Source of the DNA: Deltaproteobacteria bacterium
GTDB taxonomy: Bacteria; Myxococcota_A; Polyangia; Haliangiales; JADYYK01
Direction: 5' to 3'
Assembly (NCBI GenBank): GCA_020853705.1
Contig: JADYYK010000245.1
Span: 71,943-88,791, forward strand
Length of the DNA stretch: 16,849 nucleotides
Made by a program: the position numbers and the translations under genes. Of the stretch, positions 7,048 through 16,849 are shown in pieces. The number at the start of each line of letters is the position of its first letter. Position 1 is the stretch's first letter. Below the pieces are notes generated by a model. It made no database searches and was not told where the DNA came from. It was given only the letters and a program-made list of their open reading frames with translations.

Positions 7048-8918
7048 ATGACCCCGGCCGAGCGGGCGCTCGCCATCGGAGACCGCTATCGCGAGCTCGG
7101 GCTCCCTGCCGCAGCAGGCGCCGCCTACCGCCGCGCCGGCCTGCTCGATCCCGCGCCGGGAGTGGCCTCGCGACGGCTGGCCGAGCTGGCGCTGGCCGAG
7201 GGCGACGGCGCCGCCGCCAAGCGCCACGCCGACGACGCCAGCCGTCGCCAGCCCGGGCCATCGACGCGCCTTCTGGTCGGGCGCGCCGCGCTGGCCGCGG
7301 GCGAGCTGGCCGCGGCCCGCTTCGCCTTCACCGCGGTGGTCGAGGGCGCCGCGCGCGACGCCCGCCTGCGCGCCGAGGCGCACATCGGCCGCGCCGAGGT
7401 GGCCCTGGCCGAGGGTGACAGCGCGGGCGGCTTCGCGCACCTGGCCGCCGCGGTCGACGATCACCCCGACGACGCCGACGTCATCGCCCGCGTCGGCACC
7501 CTGGCGGTCGCCACCGGGCGCGCCGCGGAGCTCCTGGCGCGCACCCGCGAGGAGGTCACCAGTCGGCCGCAGTCGCACTCGGCGCAGGCCATCCACGCCG
7601 AGGTGCTGGCCGCCGCGCAGGCCGCCGGCGCCGCCCCAGTCGCCGACGCCGAGATCGAGCAGGCGCTGGAGCGCACCCTGACCCTGGACCCCCGCGATCA
7701 CGGCGCGCGCCTCAAGCTCGGGCTGCGCCTGCTGCGCCGCCGCTTCCGCGACACCGGGGCCCGCCAGCGCGCCCTGGTCGAGCTGGAGCGGCTGGCCGCC
7801 GAGCTGGGCGCCGGTCCGGCGCGCGCCCGGGTCGACCTCCTGCTGGCCGGCCTGTACGACGACGACGAGGCCACCGCGACCGCCGCCGCCGCCGCCGCCG
7901 AGCGCGCCCTCGACGCGCGCCCCGGGGACGCCGCCGCGCTGGGCACCCTGGGCATGCTGGCGCTGCGCCGCGATGACCTGCCGCGCGCGCGCGCCCGCTT
8001 GCTGGCCGCGGTCGGTCGCGCCCCGCGTGACGATGGCGCCTACCACACGCTGGCGCGGCTGCTCTACGCCGAGCGCGCCACCCGGACGCTGGCCGACGAC
8101 GTCGGCGCGGTGCTGGGCGCCGCGGTGCCCGCCCTGGGCGAGGCCGCCGTCGACGCCGGGGACGCCGCCGCGCGCCTGCTGCACGCGCTGACCGAGGTCG
8201 CGCGGGCCGACGTCTACGAGGGCCTGTACACCAAGGGCCACCAGCTCAAGAACCTGCTCGGGATCGCGGGCGCGCGGGCGCGCAGCGCGGTCAAGGCGGC
8301 GCGCGCGGCCGGCGCCGCCCCCGATCTGCTGGCCAAGCACGAGGAGCTGACCAGCCACATCGGCGCGCTGTACGACGAGTGGGCCAGCTACCTGCGCACC
8401 ATGAAGGACGACTCGCCGCGCCTGGAGGCGGTGGCGGTCAATGGCCTCGCCGCCGAGGCCGCGCAGCTGGCGGCGCAGCGCGGCGGCGGCGCCCCGGTGC
8501 GCCTGGTGCCGGGCGGCGCGATGCCCGAGATCCGCGGCGATCGCGCGCGCCTGCGCGAGGCCCTGCTCAACCTGGTGGCCAACGCGCTGGAGGCGCAGGC
8601 CGAGGTCGACCCCAGCGCCGCGGTCGAGGTCGCGACGCGGGCGCTGCCCGGCGCGTCGGGCGCCGCGCCACGGGTCGAGATCGAGATCCGCGATCGGGGG
8701 CCGGGGATCGCGCGCGCCGATCTGCGCCGCATCTTCGCGCCCGGCTTCACCACCAAGGAGGGCGGCTCGGGCTTCGGCCTGGCCATCGCCGAGCGCGTGG
8801 TCGCCGCGCACCACGGCCGCATCGCCATCGACAGCGAGCCCGGGCGCGGCACCACGGTGCGCATCGATCTGCCCAGCGACCTCGAGGGGCTGGCCGCGGT
8901 GCCCAGGGTGTCGAGCTG

Positions 8919-8919
<1 letters not shown>
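7048..8919 (+). CDS. Soluble sensor histidine kinase: N-terminal TPR-like repeat region plus C-terminal HATPase_c catalytic domain. No TM segments. Atypical DHp/H-box.
   Basis: ATG at 7048. N-box RLREALLNLVANALEA, G1 box IEIRDRGPGI, F box FAPGFTTKEG, G2 box GGSGFGLAIAERVV. The N-terminal ~400 aa are Ala/Leu-rich with TPR-like periodicity (LAELALAEGDGAAAKRH...). Its stop TGA (8917-8919) overlaps the ATG of the response regulator (TGATG). Confidence 0.8.
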
Positions 8920-10423
<1,504 letters not shown>

Positions 10424-10427
<4 letters not shown>

Positions 10428-11305
10428 GCGTGTTCGACCGCATCCGGGCGGCGCTGAAGTCGAACCTGGACGGCCTCTGGGGCAAGGCCAGGGGGGCGCG
10501 TGACGCTCGCAAGGTCAGCGCGCTGGAGGCCGATCTGGCGACCGGGCGGCGCGAGCTGGCGCTGCTGCTGGCCGCCGAGGCGCGCCTCGAGCAGCAGGGC
10601 CGCGACAAGGTGGCCATGGTGCGCAAGCTGGCGGCCCAGATCGAGCAGGCGGCGCGGGCCGGCAACAAGCCGCTGGCGAGCGCCGCGCTGGCGCAGAAGA
10701 AGCGCGCCGAGGACGAGACCCGGGCGCTGGCCAAGGTGCTGGCGGGGCAGCGCAAGGAGACCGACGAGCTGCAGAAGAACCTGGATGAGCTGGAGAGCAA
10801 GCTCGCGGAGGTCAACGGGACCCGGGCGGGCGCGGGCGCGGGAGCGAAGACGAGTTCGAGCACGAGCGGGAGCACGAGTTCGAGCAGGAGCACGAGTTCG
10901 AGCGGGAGCACGAGTTCGAGCGGGAGCACGAGTTCCAGTTCGAGTTCGAAGGCGGGCAGCAAGAAGTCGACCTCGTTCGTCGATGACGACGGGCTGCCCG
11001 ATCTGTCGCGCTTCGACGTCGGCGATGACGACATCGATCAGGACGCCATCCGCGCCGCCGCGGACGCCGAGGTCGAGGCCACGGTGCGCGCGGCGGAGAA
11101 CTTCGGCATGGCCGAGGAGGAGCTGAAGTCGCGCCGCATGGACCTCGAGCTCGAGCGGCTCAAGCAGAAGATGCGCGCGGGTGGGGCAGGGGCCGCGAGC
11201 CGGCCCAGCGCTGCCAAGGCTCAGCCCGCCCGCCCGTCCGCCAGGAAGCCGGCGCCGAGCAGCGATCCGCTGGCCGAGCTCAAGAAGAAGCTGGATCGCA
11301 AGTGA
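10424..11305 (+). CDS. PspA/IM30 (phage-shock protein A)-like coiled-coil protein, atypical. N-terminal PspA-like region (~150 aa), Ser-rich tandem-repeat linker, acidic C-terminal domain.
   Basis: The N-terminus MSVFDRIRAALKSNLDGLWGKA resembles the PspA N-terminus [22 protein letters not shown]. It is followed by a heptad-like Ala/Glu/Arg/Lys-rich coiled coil (LEQQGRDKVAMVRKLAAQIEQAARAG...DELQKNLDELESKLAEV). GTG start (GTGA overlap with the RR stop) preceded by GGAGGG. Adjacent to a sigma54 activator, as in psp loci. Confidence 0.5.
10850..10945. repeat. About 5 tandem copies of an 18-nt unit acgagttcgagcgggagc, encoding (TSSSGS)n in the PspA-like protein linker
   Basis: Direct inspection: acgagttcgagcacgagcgggagc / acgagttcgagcaggagc / acgagttcgagcgggagc / acgagttcgagcgggagc / acgagttccagttcgagttcg. 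Confidence 0.7.
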
Positions 11306-11709
11306 GCGCGCGCCCGGCTGAACAGCGCCTGGGCGACGCGCTGCTGCTCCGCCTCGCCGACCTGGCCCGCGTCGAGCTCGACGTCCTGGTCGCCGGCGCC
11401 ACGCCCGAGCACGGCCGCCAGCTGGTCGCGGCGCACGTCGAGGATCTGGCCGACGCCCTGGCCGACGCCCGCGATCTGGTCATCTCGCTGGACCGCGCGC
11501 CGCCCGGCGCCCGCGCCTCGGAGCAGGACCCGCTCGGCTTCGCCGAGGCGCCCGCGGCCACCCGCCGCGAGCTGTCCGACGAGGAGCTCGAGCGCCTCGG
11601 CGCGGCCCTGCTGACGCGCGCCGAGCGCCGCCGCCACGCCGCCGCGCTGGAGGCCGCCGCCGCGCCGCTCCTCATCAAGCTGCGCGACGCCGAGCGCCGC
11701 CTGGTCTGA
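11302..11709 (+). CDS. Hypothetical acidic Ala/Leu-rich protein (135 aa), translationally coupled to the PspA-like gene (GTGA overlap)
   Basis: GTG start overlaps the stop of the upstream gene. Codon usage is strongly GC3-biased (ctg/gcc/gac/cgc). No recognisable motif and no TM segment. Confidence 0.5.
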   Translation: MSARPAEQRLGDALLLRLADLARVELDVLVAGATPEHGRQLVAAHVEDLADALADARDLVISLDRAPPGARASEQDPLGFAEAPAATRRELSDEELERLGAALLTRAERRRHAAALEAAAAPLLIKLRDAERRLV

Positions 11710-11732
11710 GCGCCGACGCGAGCGGCGACTTG

Positions 11733-12341
11733 CTACACCCCGCTGCGCCGGTGGCGCAGCAGATCCAGGAACTCGCCGCGCGTCCTGGCGTCCTCGCGAA
11801 AGCGCCCCAGCATGGTCGACGTGATGGCGTAGCTGTTCTGCTTCTCCACCCCGCGCATCATCATGCAAAGGTGCTGCGCCTCGCTGACCACGGCGACGCC
11901 GGGGGCGCCGATCAGCTCCTCGATGGTGCGCGCGATCTGGTTGGTCATGGTCTCCTGCACCTGCAGGCGGCGCGCGAAGACGTCGACCAGCCGGGCCAGC
12001 TTGCTCAGGCCGATGACCCGGCCGGCGGGCAGATAGCCGATGTGACACTTGCCGAAGAAGGGCAGCAGGTGGTGCTCGCACAGGCTGAAGAACTCGATGT
12101 CCTTCACGATCACCATCTCGTCCGAGTCGGTCTCGAACATGGCGTCGTTGAGCACCACGCGGGGGTCCTGCTCGTAGCCGCGGGTCAGGAACGACAGCGC
12201 CTGCGCGACCCGGCGCGGCGTGCGGGCCAGCCCCTCTCGCTCGGGGTTCTCACCGATGAGCTCGAGCTGCCGCCGCACCAGGGTCTCGAGCTCGGCACGT
12301 GCCGCCTCCGGGATGCCGGGACGTTCCTCTTGCTTTGCCAT
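11733..12341 (-). CDS. folE: GTP cyclohydrolase I
   Basis: [21 protein letters not shown] (Zn-binding CEHH...C motif), [11 protein letters not shown] and HLCMMMRGV are the characteristic FolE blocks. ATG at 12339-12341. Confidence 0.92.
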   Translation of the reverse strand: MAKQEERPGIPEAARAELETLVRRQLELIGENPEREGLARTPRRVAQALSFLTRGYEQDPRVVLNDAMFETDSDEMVIVKDIEFFSLCEHHLLPFFGKCHIGYLPAGRVIGLSKLARLVDVFARRLQVQETMTNQIARTIEELIGAPGVAVVSEAQHLCMMMRGVEKQNSYAITSTMLGRFREDARTRGEFLDLLRHRRSGV

Positions 12342-12408
12342 GCCGGGACGCTACCGCGCGCCTCGGCGCTTGGCCACCGCGATCACCAGCTCGGCGCCGG
12401 GGCGACCG

Positions 12409-13116
12409 TCAGAACAGGCTGTCGCACCCGAAGTCGTCGGGCTTGGGCCGGGTCCCGCCGCCGCTGCCCAGCACGACCCGGAAGTCGCTGACGCGCACCA
12501 CGGTCTCACCCGAGACCGCGCCAGCGTTGCTGCCGACCTGCAGGCCCAGCTGCAGCGGGGTCTGGCCATAGAAGCCCTGCACCGTCGCGGTCTGCCCACC
12601 GGCCGTCGCCGTCACCGTGATCGAGTTGCCGGTCTTGACCACGCGGAACGTGGCCGCCGTCGCCGCCACCGGCTCGAGGTCGCTGCTGCCGGGCTGCATC
12701 GCCGCCGAGATCCCCACCACCGGGCTGGTGCCCATGCCGGCGGTGAACAGCTGGTCGGGCACCAGGTCCTGGTTCGACAGCACCGCCTGCACGAAGGCGC
12801 CGGTGCCGCCAGCGCTGAAGCTCTCGACCTCGAAGCTGGCCTCGAAGTTCCCGCTCAGGCCGGTCTGCTGCACGCCGATGCTGCCGGTCCCGGTCGCTCG
12901 CAGCACCAGCGCGCCGCCCTCGACGCGCGCAGTGGCCCCGCCGGTCGCACCCACACGCCGCCACAGCACCGCGCACTGTGACGCGTCGATGGCCGCGTCG
13001 GCCAGGGCGGCGTCCGCGGCGCCGCCACCATCGCGGGCCCCGCCATCGTCATCGTCGCCACACCCCGCCAGCGCCAGCAGCGCCAGCAGGGCGGTCAGCG
13101 CATGATGCTGTCGCAC
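12409..13116 (-). CDS. Secreted lipoprotein of unknown function (paralog B): signal peptide with lipobox LAGC followed by a DDDD linker. Conserved GAFVQ / PLQLGLQVGSN / DDFGCDS blocks.
   Basis: N-terminus MRQHHALTALLALLALAGCGDDDDGG. About 40% identity to the adjacent upstream ORF along the whole length. GTG start lies 22 nt inside the upstream paralog. Confidence 0.65.
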   Translation of the reverse strand: MRQHHALTALLALLALAGCGDDDDGGARDGGGAADAALADAAIDASQCAVLWRRVGATGGATARVEGGALVLRATGTGSIGVQQTGLSGNFEASFEVESFSAGGTGAFVQAVLSNQDLVPDQLFTAGMGTSPVVGISAAMQPGSSDLEPVAATAATFRVVKTGNSITVTATAGGQTATVQGFYGQTPLQLGLQVGSNAGAVSGETVVRVSDFRVVLGSGGGTRPKPDDFGCDSLF

Positions 13117-13838
13117 GAGAAGTCGTCGGTCTGGGCCGGGCCGCCCGCGCCACCGCCGGTGATGGCGATCTCGGTGATGCGGATCGAGGTCTCCGGGTCG
13201 AAGGTCTGGCTATTGGTCCCGATCTGCAGCCCGAGCTGCAGCGGCATGATGGTGAAGGCCTGGCTGGCCGTCGACGCCGGGGTGCCGCCCAGCGCCACCG
13301 CGGTCACCGTCAGCATGCCGCCGGTGCGCACGAACTGGAACTCGCCTGACTTGATGGTGGTGGCATCGACGTCGGTCACCCCGGCGGGGTTCTTGAAGGC
13401 CGCCGACAGCCCCTCCAGCGGCACGTTGCCGATGGCCGCGGTCGCGAACGGGGCGTTGGCGCCCAGGGTGGGATCGGCGACCGCCGACTGCACGAAGGCG
13501 CCCATGCCGCCGGCCACGAAGTTCTCGAAGCGGATGGTCGCGCTGAAGTCCCCGGTCAGCGTCATCATCGGCAGCAGGTTGAGCAGGTCGGTCTGCGCGC
13601 TCATGGACGACCGCAGCACCAGGGCGCCGCTCTCGACCGTGGCGCTCGACACCGCAGCGGTGCCGATCTTCTGCACCCGCCAGCGCTTGACGCAGCCGAC
13701 CGCGGCGTCGGGCCCGCTGGCGTCGGCCACCACGCCGCTGTCCACCGTGGTGCCCCCATCGTCGTCGTCACCACAGCCCATCAGGCCCACCGCCACCGCC
13801 ACCGCCAGCGCCAGCGCCACTCCAGTCATCCGTCCCAT
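13095..13838 (-). CDS. Secreted lipoprotein of unknown function (paralog A): lipobox LMGCGDDDDGG. Conserved GAFVQ / PLQLGLQIGTN / DDFSCDS blocks.
   Basis: N-terminus MGRMTGVALALAVAVAVGLMGCGDDDDGG. Shares ordered motif blocks with the downstream paralog (CxxxWRx, GALVLR, AGGxGAFVQ, PLQLGLQ(V/I)G(S/T)N, DDF(G/S)CDS). Confidence 0.65.
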   Translation of the reverse strand: MGRMTGVALALAVAVAVGLMGCGDDDDGGTTVDSGVVADASGPDAAVGCVKRWRVQKIGTAAVSSATVESGALVLRSSMSAQTDLLNLLPMMTLTGDFSATIRFENFVAGGMGAFVQSAVADPTLGANAPFATAAIGNVPLEGLSAAFKNPAGVTDVDATTIKSGEFQFVRTGGMLTVTAVALGGTPASTASQAFTIMPLQLGLQIGTNSQTFDPETSIRITEIAITGGGAGGPAQTDDFSCDSIMR

Positions 13839-13865
13839 GGCGCCATGGTAACCCAGCCGCCCGTT

Positions 13866-14915
13866 TCAGTGGCCTTTGAGGGCGTCGCTCGCGAGCAGGG
13901 CCTGGTAGTCGATGCGCGCATGCCCATCCGCCAGCACCGGGGGCAGGGCGCCCAGCGCCAGCGCGCGCACCCGGGCCGCGAAGGCGGCCGCGATCTCCGA
14001 GCGCGGCGGCAGCGCCGCGGCCATGCGCGCGTCCATCTCGATGTCGGCGCGCTCGATCTCGAACGCCAGCCGGGCGCCCTCGGCCAGCGCCAGCCTGCCG
14101 CGCCGCAGCAGATCCTGCAGCGAGTTGGCCAGCGCATCCAGGGTGTACTCGCCGCTGGCGATCATCTCCAGGGCGGTGCCCAGCACCGCACCACCCGACA
14201 GCGTGCCGTCGGCGAACAGCACCAGCGCGCCCTGGAAGTAGTTGTAGATGGGCACCACGCGCGGCCCGTACTTGGCGAAGCGCGCCGTCGGCGAGCGCTG
14301 ATCCAGGTGGATCAAGATCCGGCGCACCACGTCGTGCCCGACCCGCGCCACCGCCGCCGCGGCCAGGGTCGCCTTGCGCGCATCGGGGTAGGCGCGCACC
14401 TTGCTCAGGACCTGGTCGAGCTCGCGGTCGCCGACGCGCCCGGCCAGCACGTCGCCGTACAGCGAGTAGATGAAGGCGTCCATCTCGGCGTCATCACCGA
14501 ACAGCGTCTCCTCGACCTCCTTGGGCTGCTGCGCGCGCGAGCGCAGCAGCGCGGGCAGCTTGTAGCCGACCTGCTCGCGCACGGCGCGGAAGCGCCCGCG
14601 CAGCATGTTCTCGAGGTTGGGCTTCAAGACGAACTCGTCATACTCGACGCCGTCGAGCTGGAGCCGCTTCTCCAGCACGGTGCGCATCTGGGTCGGGCTG
14701 CCCGACACGATGCAGATGCGCCCCAGCGCGCCGCGCTCGCGACGCAGCGCGCGCAAGAGCGCCGGTGCCCCGGGCACCGCGCGCTTGTCCTCGGCCTTCT
14801 CGAACGCCGACTTGAGCAGCTGGGTGAAGGTCGAGAACTCGCTGCGCAGATAGGTCTTGTCGAGATCCCAGCGAAACACGTGGCGCCGCTCCGGCGCGGC
14901 GGAGGCAGCGGCCAC
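13866..14915 (-). CDS. HAD-superfamily phosphatase/hydrolase with all four HAD motifs, possibly Lipin/App1-like. Start assigned to the GTG at 14915, 1 nt after the plsX stop.
   Basis: Motif I: [10 protein letters not shown] (DxDxT). Motif II: ICIVSGSP. Motif IV: [11 protein letters not shown]. The track ORF extends to 15107, but that stretch overlaps plsX and is low-complexity. Confidence 0.65.
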   Translation of the reverse strand: MAAASAAPERRHVFRWDLDKTYLRSEFSTFTQLLKSAFEKAEDKRAVPGAPALLRALRRERGALGRICIVSGSPTQMRTVLEKRLQLDGVEYDEFVLKPNLENMLRGRFRAVREQVGYKLPALLRSRAQQPKEVEETLFGDDAEMDAFIYSLYGDVLAGRVGDRELDQVLSKVRAYPDARKATLAAAAVARVGHDVVRRILIHLDQRSPTARFAKYGPRVVPIYNYFQGALVLFADGTLSGGAVLGTALEMIASGEYTLDALANSLQDLLRRGRLALAEGARLAFEIERADIEMDARMAAALPPRSEIAAAFAARVRALALGALPPVLADGHARIDYQALLASDALKGH

Positions 14916-14916
14916 G

Positions 14917-15972
14917 CTATCCGGCCTTGGCCCCGCCGCCCTGGCGGCTGGCCTCGAACTCGCGCATGCCCTTGGCGATCTCTTCCACCACGCCATGAGC
15001 CGCGGCCTTGCCCGCCACCTTGATGGCGTTGGCGATGGCGCGCTGCTTGGAGCGCCCGTGGGCCTTGATGTACAGCCGGTCGAAGCCGAGGAACGGCGCG
15101 CCGCCATACTGCTCCCAGTCGGTGACCTCCTTGATGCGCTGGAAGCCGCCCGACAGCATCATCAGGCCCAGGCGCCACACCATCTTCTCCTTGTAGGCGT
15201 AGCGCGCCAGCGACATCACGGTCTCGCTGACGCCCTCGAGCATCTTCAGGACCACGTTGCCGACGAAGCCCGAGCACACGATGACGTCGGCGGTGCCGCG
15301 CGGGATGTCGATGCCCTCGACGTTGCCGATGAAGTTCAGCCCGGTGTGCGAGGTCAGGAGCTTGTGCGCCTCGACCACCGAGGCCGGCCCCTTGCCGGCC
15401 TCCGAGCCGTTGGACAGCAGCGCGACCTTGGGGCGGGCGTTCTTCGACACCCGCGACGCATAGGCCGCGCCCATCAGCGCGAAGGCCACCAGGTCGTCGG
15501 CGTCGGCGTCCAGGGTGGCGCCGACGTCGAGCAGCAGCGAGAACGGATCCTGCTTGTCGCCGTGGCGCTGCTCGGTCGGGTACACCGCGGCCAGCGCGGC
15601 GCGGCGCACCCCGGGCACTCGCTTCCAGGTCCGCGCCGCCGCCAGCACGCCGGCGCCGGTGTTGCCGGCCGAGACCAGGGCGTCGGCGCCGCCCTCGGCG
15701 ACCAGCCGGGCCGCGACCAGGACCGAGCAGTCGGGCTTCTGGGTCAGCGCCTCCGCGGGCTTGTCGTCCATGGTCACGAAGCTGCCCGCGTGCAGCACGC
15801 TGAGGCGCTCGGCGTCGTGCCGGGTCTCCTCCAGGATGGGCTCGATGCGCCGCTGATCGCCGACCAGGACGATCTGCAGGTGGCGCGCCTCCAGCGAGGC
15901 CAGCGCCGCACCCCGCACCGTCTCCAGGGGCGCATTGTCGCCGCCCATCGCGTCGACCGCGATCGTGAGCAT
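14917..15972 (-). CDS. plsX: Phosphate:acyl-ACP acyltransferase
   Basis: [15 protein letters not shown]...VSAGNTGA...the PlsX family blocks, through to the C-terminus. About 350 aa, the typical size. Confidence 0.9.
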   Translation of the reverse strand: MLTIAVDAMGGDNAPLETVRGAALASLEARHLQIVLVGDQRRIEPILEETRHDAERLSVLHAGSFVTMDDKPAEALTQKPDCSVLVAARLVAEGGADALVSAGNTGAGVLAAARTWKRVPGVRRAALAAVYPTEQRHGDKQDPFSLLLDVGATLDADADDLVAFALMGAAYASRVSKNARPKVALLSNGSEAGKGPASVVEAHKLLTSHTGLNFIGNVEGIDIPRGTADVIVCSGFVGNVVLKMLEGVSETVMSLARYAYKEKMVWRLGLMMLSGGFQRIKEVTDWEQYGGAPFLGFDRLYIKAHGRSKQRAIANAIKVAGKAAAHGVVEEIAKGMREFEASRQGGGAKAG

Positions 15973-16023
15973 GGGGGAAGCCTACCCGAAACCAAGCGCG
16001 CGGCCTACTTCGCCGCACGCCCG

Positions 16024-16849
<826 letters not shown>

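Noticed and set aside
7018-8814. The minus-strand 935-aa ORF extending the holB frame up to 8814
   Set aside because: The delta-prime homology begins at TTWDELHGQE, about 7017. The upstream 600 codons are antisense to the kinase gene, which has unambiguous HATPase_c motifs, and translate to junk.
11706-11760. Possible bidirectional Rho-independent terminator between the convergent 135-aa gene and folE (stems cgccg...cggcg and ctgcgcc-ggtg-ggcgcag)
   Set aside because: The stems are short, there is no U-tract, and the second hairpin lies inside the folE coding sequence. It is not convincing as an intrinsic terminator.
11221-12081. Minus-strand ORF 11221..12081, plus-strand ORFs 11730..12491 and 12220..12981
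   Set aside because: They overlap folE and the 135-aa operon gene in antisense and have no motifs. They are GC-content artefacts.

Overview
This is a 16.8 kb, very GC-rich window (roughly 75% GC) with strongly GC3-biased codon usage and many long spurious antisense ORFs. The gene content (TPR-linked sensor kinase, NtrC-type sigma54 activator, abundant low-complexity linkers) fits a Myxococcota-like delta-proteobacterial chromosome; that placement is inference. It is chromosomal housekeeping DNA with no rRNA, tRNA, CRISPR or obvious mobile elements. There are 16 coding genes, two of them truncated by the window edges. On the minus strand, 1..3460 holds a translationally coupled metG, PilZ-domain, 2-TM membrane protein, HEAT-repeat operon. 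Next on the minus strand, 3555..7017 holds holB (DNA polymerase III delta-prime) and a PSP1/RicT(YaaT)-family gene, the same holB-yaaT...metS neighbourhood seen in Bacillus. The PSP1 ORF carries a possible ~500-aa Gly/Arg/Pro-rich repetitive N-terminal extension. On the plus strand, 7048..11709 holds a four-gene, start/stop-overlapping operon: a soluble TPR-containing histidine kinase, a sigma54-dependent (NtrC-type) response regulator, a PspA/IM30-like coiled-coil protein with a Ser-rich tandem-repeat linker, and a 135-aa hypothetical. A good sigma54 -24/-12 match sits about 30 nt upstream of the PspA-like start, inside the 3' end of the activator gene. This PspF/PspA-like arrangement driven by a two-component system is the most interesting candidate system in the window. 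The rest of the minus strand (11733..16849) holds folE, two tandem paralogous secreted lipoproteins of an unrecognised family, a HAD-superfamily phosphatase, plsX, and the 3' part of a methylmalonyl-CoA-mutase-family catalytic subunit that lacks a fused B12 domain. Other notable DNA-level signals are a 6x tandem 7-bp repeat (NNACAGG) in the metG upstream intergenic region, a perfect AT-rich palindrome (TAGCATGCTA) in the 30-bp gap between divergent holB and kinase starts, and in-frame 24-nt, ~51-nt and 18-nt coding tandem repeats.
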